Notes under the pieces: generated by a model
The model's database searches: none
The model's input: the letters and a program-made list of their open reading frames with translations, nothing else
Told to the model about the DNA's origin: nothing
Origin: Raja brachyura
Lineage: Eukaryota
DNA: 64,000 bases
Reading direction: 5' to 3'
NCBI GenBank assembly: GCA_963514005.1
Contig: OY740800.1
Span: 42,780,001-42,844,000 of the forward strand
Shown here: positions 35,790 to 47,390 of the stretch, piece after piece
Layout of the letters: each line of letters begins with the position of its first letter
Numbering within the stretch: the first letter of the stretch is position 1
Translations under genes and position numbers: made by a program

Positions 35790-36312
35790 ATAAAACCATA
35801 AGTGATAGGAGCAGAATTAGGCCATTCGGCCCCTCAAGTCTACGCCATTCAATCATGGCTGATCTATCTCTTCCTCCGAACCCCATTATCCTGCCTTCTC
35901 CTCATTACCCTTGACACTCGTACTAATCAAGAATCTATCCATCACTGCCTTAAAAATATCAATTGATAGCCTCCACAGCCTTCTGTGGCAAAGAATTCCA
36001 CAGATTCACCACCCTCTGACTAAAGAAATTCCTCCCCATCTCATTCCTAAAGGAATGTCCTTTAATTCTGAGGCCATGACCTCTGGTCCCAGACTCTCCC
36101 ACTAGTGGACACATCCTCTCCATATCCACTCTATCCAAGCCTTTCACGATTCGGTAAGTTTCAATGTGGTCCCCCTCATCCTTCTAAACTCCAGCGAGTA
36201 CAGGCCTAGTGCTTTCAAACGCTCATCATATGTTCACCCACTCATTCCTGGGATTATTCTTGTAAACCTCCCCTGGACCCACTCCAGAGCCGGCACATCC
36301 TTCCTCAGATAT
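35790..36312 (-). mobile_element. CR1 3' fragment nested inside an older CR1 tail (35705-35789 and 36317-36590)
   Basis: KGLDRVDMERMCPLVGESGTRGH...RNFFSQRVVNLWNSLPQ. The host tail resumes at about 36317 (cctctgcctgc...ccatatccctcc). Confidence 0.85.
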
Positions 36313-36914
36313 AGTGTCCTCTGCCTGCAAGTGATCCATATCCCTCCATTTCCTGCATATCCATGTGCCTATCTAAAAACCTCGTAAACAGCACTATTGT
36401 ATCTGCCACCTCCACCACTGCTCCGAGCATCACACATGCCACTCTCCGTGCAAAACAAATTTGTCCTGTTCATCTTCTTTAAACTTTGCCCCTCGCGTCT
36501 TAAAGCTGCGCCCTCGAGTCTTTGACATTTTCACCTTGGGGATAAAGGTTCTGACTGTCTACCACATCTATGGATCTCATAATTTATATACTACTTGCAC
36601 TCCTATCTTATCCTGCTCAGTGCTCTTCTAACTTTTTGAGCTATTCCAAATTTTTGTTTCTCTTTTCGTAAATTACTCCAATGATTCGCCTTCAAGTTAT
36701 TTATTATAATCTAATTGTTCAAAATATATTTGCATTTTTCAGCCAGTACAGATGGTGATCACATCAACATTTGCCCTGAAGGTTTCTTTGAGTAAGTTAA
36801 CTGCCATTGAGTTTCCACTAGGGTTTGGAATGGGCACCACAAGTTCTGCCTGAAATAGGCAAGAGCCTTGTAAAAAGCTAGTAATTGTAGAAAATATTTT
36901 ATTAATTTACAAGT

Positions 36915-37320
36915 TGTAGGCATTCCTGCTAAGGCCAGCCTTTTATGCCCAGGAGAAGGTAATAGTGAGCCCCTCAGTCAGTATATTTTTCTTCATTCAA
37001 GCAATATGGGCTTTGCGGCCTGAGCCAGCATTTAATTGCCCATCCCTGACTGACCTTGAGAAGGTGTAGTGAGTTGCCTTCTTAAAATGCTGAAGTTGGT
37101 GAGGTAAGGGAGAGCGTGTTGTTCAACCCAAAGTGTAGCCTTACCCCTTTTGCCTTCATAGATGCTGCTTGAAGTCAAACGAGGGTAGGACCTACTCAGT
37201 AAATGGCAGGTCTCTATGGAGTGTTGTAGAAGATAGGTATCTTGGAGTGCAGGTACATAGTTCCATTAAAGTGGCATCACAGGGAGAAAGCATGGTCAAC
37301 ATATTTTGTGCTGTATGACT
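36915..37320. mobile_element. Cluster of old CR1-type fragments
   Basis: gccagcatttaattgcccatccct...ccttgagaagg tail twice, and an RT-like piece ggtaggacctactcagtaaatggcagg...cttggagtgcaggtacatagttcc. Confidence 0.55.
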
Positions 37321-38071
37321 CTACTTCCCTGTCTTCATAATATCTATATTGTTTTCTCTTATTTTGAACTCTGTCTCTAGCTCATACTATTCACAGCCTT
37401 CCTCTCTTTCATATTGTCTAAGCCATCCACCAACTCCAGATTCATGAGCTCTCCCTCTTGTTGACTGCTTCAACTTTTAGTTATCACTCTAGCTCCAGCA
37501 GTCTGTGGAACAATTTCTTTCCTAGTTTGACATAGTGTGTTTGATGTAATTCCATGATCCTGATCTTCCTTTGGGAAACGGTGTTGGGTCACACGTTCCT
37601 CGTGAGCATGTTTTCATTCTTCGTATGGAATTGTGGGATTCACCTTGTAAAGAATATTTACTTATCGCAGTACAAAAAGGGCAAAGAAAATAAATATTTC
37701 CCCTTCATGTTTTATCTGCATGGGGGTGAAAAATGACCTGCAATGCATTTTCACTTAACTTGGCTTTGAGAAATCCAGCAAGATTAACTTCGCAGACCCG
37801 AAGCTTGGAGCTGCCAAGTTGCACAATTAATCTCCAAAAGATTTACTGTTCGAAATTCTAAGGTGGCCACCACCATGTTGTTCTTTACAAAGTCATCATT
37901 AAAGTACGTTAATTTAATGCATGGACAATTAGGGTGCCTCTGATAAGCAGCAGGGATATTTATTATACTCTGCAATGTCAGTCATTTATTCTTATGTGCA
38001 TTAGAATAATATCTGCTCATTTGTTTTAAGAACATTTTAATAGTCTACCGGTCAAGTAATTAAAGTATAAG

Positions 38072-38320
38072 GTATTTAAGAAAGAACTATAGATGCCGAA
38101 AAATTGAAGGAAGACAAAAATGCTGGAAAAACTCAGCGGATGAAGCAGCATCCATGGATAGAAGGAATAGGCGATGTTTCGGGTCGAGACCCTTCAGACA
38201 GATGTCGGGGCGGGTGGGAAAAAGGAAAAGGTGGAGGCCGTAGGCTTGTGGGAGAGCTGGGAAGGGGAAGGAGGGAGAAAGCAAGGACTACCTGAAATTG
38301 GAGAAGTCAATGTTCATACA
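38072..38320 (-). mobile_element. PLE 3' end: ORF C-terminus, pyrimidine-rich spacer, decayed hammerhead, pLTR tail
   Basis: Minus 38317-38288 encodes MNIDFSNFR*, which resembles PLE GIY-YIG C-termini. It is followed by tctgaagggtctcgacccgaaacatcgcc and the subfamily A tail. Confidence 0.75.
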
Positions 38321-39059
38321 ATGTTCATAGAATAAGATAACTTTGTTTGGAAATTGGATTCCAGGTGAATAGGATCATTAAACTTGTATTATGCGGATAA
38401 CTTGAACATATTTGTGCTGGTGCAGCTTGAACACAATGTTAAATCAAAACGTATTTATAAGAATTTGAAGTATGCAATGTTAACTTTAAGTTATTAATGC
38501 TGAGTCATTGTGATTATTGCCTCAAAACTACATGTTTGCTGACCCATTTCTGCCTTTACTGACAATCATTATTGTATCTCTTCATTAACCAAATACATCA
38601 TTGGAATATTTTATGATCTGCTACATCCATCCTAATCACAATAGGGGAGACTCTGCTGTGGAGTGTGGAGGGCATGTGCCTCCTCACTTTATTAACTTGG
38701 ATCCTGCGGCATGTGGTGGAGAGCAGGCTTCATGTCTTCCATGTCACGGATTCCCAAGGATCGAGCCTTCCTGCACCTGGATGCAACATTCTAAGTTCTA
38801 TGACCCAGCAAGAAATTCAAGGTTAATTCTCTGGTGCCTAAATTTCACCTACCTATTAAGCACACACAGGTTTCCACTCCCATTGTTCAGATCAAAAAAC
38901 ACACATTTTACCATTGCCTCAAAACAAAGGAGAGCAGAGACCTCCCGAAGCCTTCAATCAGACATAGGAGGAAAATGCGGTAGAGGAACAGCTATAGGAA
39001 GTGTCTGAAATGGAGAAGACAGGTAAAAGAGGCCCTGAATAGATGTAGTCAGAACTATT

Positions 39060-39145
39060 TTAGAAACATAGAAAATAGGTGCAGGAGGAGGCCATTCGGC
39101 CCTTCAAGCCAGCACTGCCATTCATTGTGATCATGGCTGATTGTC
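39060..39145 (-). mobile_element. CR1 3' tail fragment
   Basis: tagaaacatagaaaataggtgcaggaggaggccattcggcccttcaagcc. Confidence 0.8.
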
Positions 39146-40914
39146 CGAATGCCCGAAGAATCTCTTAGGAGCAACAATCCACAGGCTCCCCAGTCAGGCA
39201 AGTGGTTATGTGAAAGAGATAAACTACTTCACACCAACCTTGCCTGGATTCTAAGCGAAGATGTTATAGTGCGATAGTCATTCTTTACCAACTGTGCATC
39301 CTTCACCTTCTGAAAGTCTTAAACCTTTACCTGAGATGAACGTTGCACTAAACTGAACATGGCAGTCAACCTCAGTTCTACTGAGAAACAGAGAATGGCT
39401 TGGGTATATATGCAGTAGTAACAAAGCCATGGGAAATCTTGATAAATATCCTCTAACTGAAATGGCCATCTTATCTGTTGTTCAGAGTTAATTGAATGCA
39501 CTACAGAGATAGCATCATAATCAGCAGTTGTGTGGAGATTATTTCTCAGGGTAGCTCGTGGGATTATGCAAAACTATCAAGTGGTTTTGTTAAGGATCCC
39601 TGCAAAAAAAAAGCAAAAAAAAAGTCATGTGATTTAAGTTTCCACATCTGAGACATAATTACTATCCTTAAAATAATCGACAGAGTACTATTCAAGCCTG
39701 GATAGCACTAAACTATTGATTCCTTCAATTAATAGTCCTTATTGTCCCAACGGCAAGTTGCCAAGCAATTACACAAGCTTATCAGGTGCAGAGTTGAGCT
39801 GAGAATGATAAGGGTATTGTACAGCAGTGCAGGTGGCCAAAGCCTTGACCTTTAGTCGTGCAGAGAATGGAGACTACAAGTCTTTTTTTGCCATTGCTTT
39901 TCCAAATGTTCCAAATGTAAAACTTCCTTCCCAGTTAAATGTCACGTAAATTTTCCATGTGAGTAATAAAGTAATTGAATGTAATGTGAGAACTATTATG
40001 TCCTTTTCATGGTCAATTGCAAGTTGCACACCAGGATTGATGGAGTTCCAAGATCCAAAGGGGAACCTAATGTGCCACATGAGTGCAGTTCATCACTTCC
40101 TAAATCTATGGATAACCTACAATCCACGCTTCGTCAGCCAGATTTTTTAAAAAATCGTGAGCAGAGATGATCTACTTTCCTTGAGTTGTGGTCCCTAATG
40201 TTGAGGTATACAGAGGGCATTGTCTTAGAGGTTCCATAATTAGCTCTCGACAAAAGCTGCTATTCTAGATTCACAGATGTAAATGGCACATAAGGGGGGG
40301 GGGGGGGGCGCAATCATGTTTTTTCTAACGGTTCAGCATAATTCTGTTAGACTCATGCCAAATTATTTTCTCTCAACTACCTATCTTGCTTTGTTTAAAA
40401 GCCCCGATTGATCTTTTTCCACCACCCTTCCAGACAGTGGGTTCCAGATTACTACCATACTTGCATATCCCTCACAATCTCTTTGCATTTTGTTCATTAT
40501 TTTAAAATTATGTTTCCTGATTCTTCAATCTTTCACTAATAACTCCACTCATGATCTTGTATTTCTTTGTCAAATCTCCTCATAACCCTCTTTGTTCCAA
40601 TGAGTGCAACATGAGTTTTTCTGCACTTAATGCTGATATCCATCTGTTGGGACATTCAGGTAAATCTATTTGGCATCTTCTCTAGGATCTCCTCATCCTT
40701 CCAAAAGAGTGGTGACCAGAAATGAACATTTCTCATTTGTGGTCCAACACAATCTCTCTTGTTTTCTATTTCCGATACACTTTCTGAACTATTCTGTCAA
40801 CGTGCCCTGCTAACACTCAGTAAAATAATGCAAACCTCTTATCTCTGTTAATGTTTTAATATCAGGCCATGACATTCATGACCCTGCACATTTGGCTTTC
40901 AGGCATTCAGGGAT

Positions 40915-41155
40915 TCACTGTGGTGAATCTGTGGAATTCTTTGCCACAGAAGGCTGGAGAGGCCAAGTCAGTGGATATTTTGTAGGGCAGAGGTACACTG
41001 CAGATAGATTGCTGATCAGTATGGGCATCAGATGTTATGGGGAAAAGGCAGGAGAATGGGGTTAAGAGGGAGAGATAGATCAGCCATGATTGAATGGCAG
41101 AGTAGACTTGGTGGGCCAAATGGCCTAATTCTACCCCTATTCCTTAGGACCTTAT
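40915..41155 (+). mobile_element. CR1 3' fragment
   Basis: gtggtgaatctgtggaattctttgccacagaagg...gggccaaatggcctaattct. Confidence 0.85.
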
Positions 41156-41819
41156 AACATCCCAAACCAGAAAGTCAAATCCTGTGTTTGTATGCTTCCT
41201 ATCAAACCTTAAGGTTACATGATTTCACTCAATGTCTATTTAATGGTTTTCTATCCATAAACCACATTACGGTGATTTGTAATGCATCACATAATGTATG
41301 ACTCTTCATTTTGTAAATAAGCACTTAACTGTCATTGTAACCGTATTGTTCTAAACAAAGTTTAAGTGGGAGCAAACAGAGACCTTCTCACTCCTCCCCC
41401 TCAGTGATTCCTGTTACTCCCCTGCTCGTCAACCATGTTCTTTTCATCTCTGGTCTTTGTCTAACCATCTGCCTATCAACCTCCCTCCCCCTCACCTGCA
41501 TCCCCCCATGCTTTGTCCTGCCCCCACCTTCCAGCTTTCCTCCCTCCCCATTTTTGAAGGTCGCCGTGACAGGGGAAGAATTGGAAAGGACAATTTTGTT
41601 TTTGCAAATAGTTATTGGAAGGCTCATCATTCTGGTCATGAGTGGAGATAGCAGCACCGATGCAGTTGGTGATGTACCAGAAAAAAGAATGGGAGTGTGC
41701 GTGAGTAGGACTGAAACAAAAACTGTTCCATGTAACGCAAATGCAAGTCCCTATACAAAAAACTGCCAAACGGTTGACAGAAGGAGAGCTTTGGAGAGCA
41801 AGAAAATGGAGATGGATGA

Positions 41820-42165
41820 GTTAGCTGGACAGGAAAGTGTCCGATAAATTTTAATTTAGAAAAGTGCAAGGTAATGCTATGAAGAGGTGCAACAAAAATA
41901 ATTTACCATCAATTGGAGGATAGTCAGTAATGTGGAGGAAAAAAGGGGTATTGGAGCGTATATCCACAAATTGTTGGAGTGCAGGACGGAACAATCAGGG
42001 ACCAAAAGGAGACATGGAATGATTTCCTTTGTGAGACAAAGCCCCTGAATCTAAGGACAGGGAGGTTAGGTTGGAAATGTACATAATGTTAGATAGATCA
42101 CAGCATGAATGTAGCATAATATTCCCATCATCATGTTCCCACAAAGATGTAATTGCACTTTATGA
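41820..42165 (+). mobile_element. Highly decayed CR1 RT fragment
   Basis: tttaatttagaaaagtgcaaggtaatgc (FN.EKCKVM-like) and aaagatgtaattgcact (KDVIAL). Confidence 0.5.
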
Positions 42166-42329
42166 AAATAAATCTCTGTGCCTTGGACTTCTAGATCTGG
42201 TTTCTTGCTTTATTCATTGTTAATTGTGGACCGAACATCGACCACCCTTAGTTTTCAACTTCCCTCACTCACAGTAGCCTACCACCCTCCAAACTTCCAA
42301 CACTCTGCTCACGAAGGTTCATGATCAAA

Positions 42330-42680
42330 CCTGTATTATCCTGACCAGTGTAAGCAAGGGTGGCGCTGTTGTACTCTGGAGAATCAAAATATAGAAACCA
42401 AATGTCATCCTTGAGACAGGTCCTCTAACCTTTCTCTGGACCAAGACCCTATCATAGCATATCAGATCACTGCCTCCCACACAATCACAGACCTCGTCCT
42501 CAGGTGATCTTATCCCCATAACTTCCAATCCTCAGCCTACTTCTATCTTCAGCAAGAGATCTGCCCATGCAGACCCTTTGTTTAATCCTGCTGTGAACTT
42601 GTATTTTCCTACTCTGACTCGACCTCTCTCCCCTGGTCCAGTGCCTTCTCACTTGCGTCTGTGACACTTCATCTGCAAAC
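42330..42680 (+). pseudogene. Decayed Penelope-like reverse transcriptase fragment
   Basis: KGGAVVLWR (42356-42382), LDQDP and PLVQCLLTCVCDTS (42630-42671) resemble PLE motifs ADKGGAVVVW, LDxDPT and PLVQSLPTYxxDT. Confidence 0.6.
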
Positions 42681-45469
42681 ATCATTACCATGCCCTCTAA
42701 GTCTGTTGATATGCGAACGCACAAATGGATGTGGAGGAGATTGATGAGATATTGCCAAAAAATAAACATTTTAGGTACAAGGAAAGATTGAAATAGCAGG
42801 AGACCTGTGGAACCCCACTGGCAGCAGATTTTTGGGTAACTCTGCTTTCTCAAACACTTTTGCGCTGTATTATCTTTAAGAATATTAACGCAGGAAGGAA
42901 TTGTGTTTTATTTTTGTATCTTGTCAAGGTTACACTCAGTCGCTTTATTCCAAAGTGTTTGATTCATTTAGGAAACATTTTAAATATCGATCAATGTCAG
43001 TCCATCTGTTTGTATTGTAAGTGGTCTTAGTTCATTTTAAAACTTAAAAATCATTGACAGCCAAAATTTAAAATTATTAAGAAGCACCTGATGAAGGGCT
43101 TTGCTCATTTGTCTCCCTGGTAGCAACTTAACCAATACAGGCACATTTTATTTTCTCTGAATTTAAGTTTATTATTTCAGTAGCAGATAAGAGTTCTGTT
43201 ACAAATAGTGCTAAGTTACAATGATTAATTCACCCCGTTTATATCACAGTACGCCTGTACTTAAGCGCTGACCTGCGGTTCTCTATTTCCCCATGGTCTT
43301 TTTGAGATTATCAGATCTTATGGTTATAGCTAAGAGGTTTAAGTGGGCAGGAAATCTGTTGCATGATTAGTGCTTGAAAATGTTCAATTGAGTCAAAAGA
43401 TAGACTTCAAATGCTGTTATGCCTTTAACGTGGGAGCAGGACCAAACTTTTGATGACAACTTTCTCCTTAATATCTAAATAAACTAACTTACATGTTACT
43501 TAAGAAATCATGTGTAAACTTGCCATTAACCAAACATCAAACCTTCATTACTTTTTGAATTTCTTTTGAAACCAGCATGGGACTGCAAGTGCCCTAAAGC
43601 AAAACGTGTTCTCTGTAAGGGAGGAAGAGGAAGTAAACATGACAACAGCTTCTCTCCAGAAGTGGCAGTAGCTTGTTTCAGAGTATATTAATTTCAGGTG
43701 TTGATGTAGAACAGGCAGTATGGTTAGTGTCAGGAGATCTGCAAATTACTCAGCAGGGGTCCTTTATGGAGTCGGTGACATGAAACAGGCAGGCAGTATG
43801 GAATGAATGAATGAAGTATAGATGGGGATTCATTGAACATTATCAGTATTTGGGTTAACAGTGATCTGTCAGGAACAGGAAGGAGCTGATAATGGAGCCC
43901 TCTGGCACTTAAAAGCTCTGACAATGTCCAAAGGGTCACATATTAATAGACCCATAAAACTCATTAAATAACTCCTTCCAAACAGGAATTTGCAGAGTAG
44001 TGAAATTTGCAGCTCTGTAGTTGACAGGCTCAGTTGTCAAAGATACTTATGTGTTTTTTCCACTCTCCTTCATGGACGTTCTTTGGATTTGTTTAACTCT
44101 TCACAGAGCCCTTTTGCTGCATCGTTGCTTTCACACACTTTTCCTTTCTGACCCAATGTTCCATTAATTTCTGCCAAGTTTGTGCTGTCTTCCAACTTGC
44201 ACTCTGAAACACATTGGGATGACTCACCACACTTGTGTTTTATATATCTGCCCCTTACAACAGGATCGGCAAGTGTGCCCTGTGCCTTTGCACTCTGTAC
44301 AGGAAATTGTTACTTGTCCATCATGGTTACCACTTACTTCCATTAAAAAAATGCTAAATGAACAATCCAAAGCAGCAACTTTGCACTTCAGAACTGTGTA
44401 AATAATAAAATGTGGCAGCGATGCCAAAAGGCTAAGATTTGCAGAAAACCTAACGTAAAAAAAGAATGCTTAAAAGACTTTGATCAGGCAGTATACGGAG
44501 AGAAGAAGAACTGAATGAACATTGAATGTTGATGATCTTTCAAACTGGAAAGGCTGGTCAATTGAAATTGCTCAATGTAATGTGCCTTGTTGGAATGATG
44601 TTCCTTAAACTCATGTTTGGCTTCCTCAGTGTAAAAGGTTACAAACACCGTCAGAATGGAAGAAGATGGTGAATTAAAGTGATTAGTTTTGTTTATTTAT
44701 TGTCACAGTGAACAGATTGTTTTTGCATGGCATCCAGTCAAATCATACTACACCCGGGGGTCAAGGAAAGAACATTCACGTCGCGGCCCTGTTTCCACCA
44801 ATCTTTACACCACCACGCACAAGCAGCACTAGGCACCAAATGCAGAGAAGTGTGTTCACTCTGGCTGAACAACTTCTAATCGTGTGTGTGGACTCAATAA
44901 GAAGAAGATACTGCACCCGAGTACGATAGATCCCCTTCTGGAACAGCATGCAGAGAGTGCCACATTCCGGTGCCATCTTGCAACTTCCAAGTCTCTGGAA
45001 AGTCTGATTTTGGCCCAAGCAAATGTGCAATTTCTATTTTCTCGCTGGTGTCCTGGCGGCCCGACCCTGCATGATGCCATCGGCTTCTTCCAGTGCCACT
45101 CCATACGTCTGCCGCAGGCTGCGCTGATCCACGCTCTTACCCGCCTGCTATAGGGTGCCCCACAACTGTCTGGGACATTTTGGTGTGTCCATTGTAGAAA
45201 AGGCCATATCAGGAACATCAATTGCAATGCACTGAATTGGAAGAAGTACAAGTAAATGACAGCTTTACTGGAGGGAGTGTTTGGGTTAGGTTTCTTGACT
45301 CAAACTCATACAGCATGGAAAAAGGTCCTTTGGCCCACAGAGTCTGCATTAATATTTCCACCACATAGTTACAATAATCTTCCATTAATCTCATTTTGAT
45401 CCTCCCCATTTTCTCGTTAAGTATCTCTCCACTCCCCAGATACTACCACTCATTAATACGCCAACGGCA

Positions 45470-45640
45470 ATTTACAAAGGCCAGTTAATCTACCAACGCA
45501 CACATATTTGGGAGGTGGGTGCAAACCAGAGTACTCAGAAGAAAGCTGCTTAGTCACGGACAATGTGTAAAACTCCACACAAGGTCAGGATTGATCATGG
45601 GTGACACGAACTGTGAAGCTGCAGCTCTATGGGCCAATAT
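45470..45640 (-). mobile_element. Decayed HE1-like V-SINE
   Basis: ttgggaggtgggtgcaaaccagagtactcagaag...gtcacggacaatgtgtaaaactccacaca is the reverse of a V-domain-like stretch. Confidence 0.55.
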
Positions 45641-45775
45641 GTTGAACCCTTCTATTGAGAAAGGAAGAGATATGGGAGGGTGCGATGAGGAGGAGAGTGG
45701 GGGATGGTGAAGATGGAAGAGTTAACTGGGAAGTCACAGATGGAGATTATTGATTCAGTCCTTTAAATTCCCATA

Positions 45776-45975
45776 CAGATGCTCCCCGATTTATGATACT
45801 TCGACTTGCGATATTTCGACTTTACGATGGTATAAACGCTGGGCAACGGCAGGGAGCCGCAGCTCACTTCCAGTCATGTGAACAAATTATATTAAATGCT
45901 TTTTCGACTTAAGATATTTTCGATTTACGATGGGTTAATCGGAACGTAACCCCATCGTAGGTCGAGAAGCAGCTG
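45776..45975. mobile_element. 200-bp pogo/Tigger-type MITE (Tigger5/MER47-like)
   Basis: TA at 45774-45775 and 45976-45977. Imperfect TIRs CAGATGCTCCCCGATTTATGAT and ATCGTAGGTCGAGAAGCAGCTG. Subterminal TCGACTT(T)ACGA-type repeats. Confidence 0.85.
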
Positions 45976-46239
45976 TATGTGGAAATGTTTGTTTTCAGCC
46001 AAGAGGCATAATCAAGAAAATGTCAGGAATAATCCTTGGAGTATAAAGCAAATTTAATTCCATATCTCAACTTAAGTTTAGAATCATGTTGAAAGTAGGG
46101 TCTTATTGCAGCTGTCTTCTATTCCCACCTCGGCCATGACTGAAACATAAAGAAGAACATTATAATTAATAGCTATCAAAGATTAAAATGAGCTCTGAGT
46201 GATTTGCTGTCAATTTCTATGTTGCAAATTCATATAAGA

Positions 46240-47390
46240 CTAGACCAAGTGGGACCTGTTGGGTCCCGTCCCCCAACGCGGGCGCGCGGCATCACAGGGG
46301 AGGGTTGGTCCCCGAACGCAATATTCTACCACTCACCCTTAGGTCCCAATACTCGCCACTCCCTAGAGGGGGGGGGGGGGTATAGAGGGATGGGTGGTAG
46401 AGAGGGAGGGGGGTGGTAGAAGGAGGGGAGGCAGAGAGGGAGGGGGGTAGAGAGGGAGAGGGATGGAGAAGGGTAGAGAGGGAGAGGGAGGGGAGTAGAG
46501 AGGGAGGGAGGGGGAGAGGGGTAGAGAGGGAGAGGGGCAGAGAGGGAGGGGGGTAGCCACCCTACTCCATCTCCCTCCTCCTCATTTCCCACATCCTCCT
46601 CCCCTCACTCCCATTCCCTGCCCCAGGACCTACCCAGGTCGTAGATCAGCGCCAGGGCCTGGAACTCGGCCTGGTTCTCGTACTCGCCTTGGCCCTGGCT
46701 GTAGACCCAGGCTCGTCCTTGGTTCCAGCGGCAGTCTCCAGCCATCAGCTCGGATGCCACCCAGGCTGCAGTCCAAGCCCAGGCTGGTCCTTGGTTCCGG
46801 CGGCAGCCTTCAGCCGTCAGCTCAGCCGCTGCCTGGGCTCCTGACCCTGGACCCAGACTCGTCCTTGGTTGCACCGGCGGCTTCTTTCTCAGCCCCGGTC
46901 ATGGCCCCATCCCAAGCCCCGGGCTCAGCCCTCACTCCAGCTCCAGGCTCGGCTCCAGCCCAGGCCCAGTCACCGAGCTCGGTCGGCGGCAGCAGCCTCC
47001 CCACCAGGCACCGGGCGGCCGGCCGGCAGCAGCCGCCAATCTTCATTCACCACGAGCGCTGGAGTGCCCCTCCCTCCCTCCCGGAGTGGTCCATCCTGCC
47101 TTGCGAGTGCATTGTGACGTCAGTCGGATTTTTTTTCTCAAAATGGGTGAGTTTGGGCTGTTTCTAAAAATATAAGGATCGAAAAGTTCAGAAATATAGG
47201 TTGAAATGTGACGGGAAGATGTTTATCGCCTCCAGGGGAAAAATGTGAGTAGGGTGTGTGAAAATGGGAAGGCTCTGGCCTAGCGTTTGGAAGAAAATAG
47301 GAATTAACCAGATTGTGCCCAGATGACACACACACATATACATACGCACAAACAAGAGAAGAGTTTTAGTAATATAGATAGATAGATAGA
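46240..47390 (-). mobile_element. Complete non-autonomous Helitron (1151 bp)
   Basis: Minus strand reads A|TCTATC...GGGACC-caaca-GGTCCC-acttggt-CTAG|T. It has a 5' TC, a 3' hairpin (46251-46267) plus CTAG (46240-46243), an A/T insertion site and no TSD. Confidence 0.88.
46365..46560 (+). repeat. G/A-rich low-complexity tract inside the Helitron (G-quadruplex-prone)
   Basis: A G14 run followed by (GAGGG)n-like repeats. Confidence 0.8.

Noticed and set aside
46326-47167. Pro/Ala-rich ORFs
   Set aside because: These come from low-complexity Helitron interior sequence.
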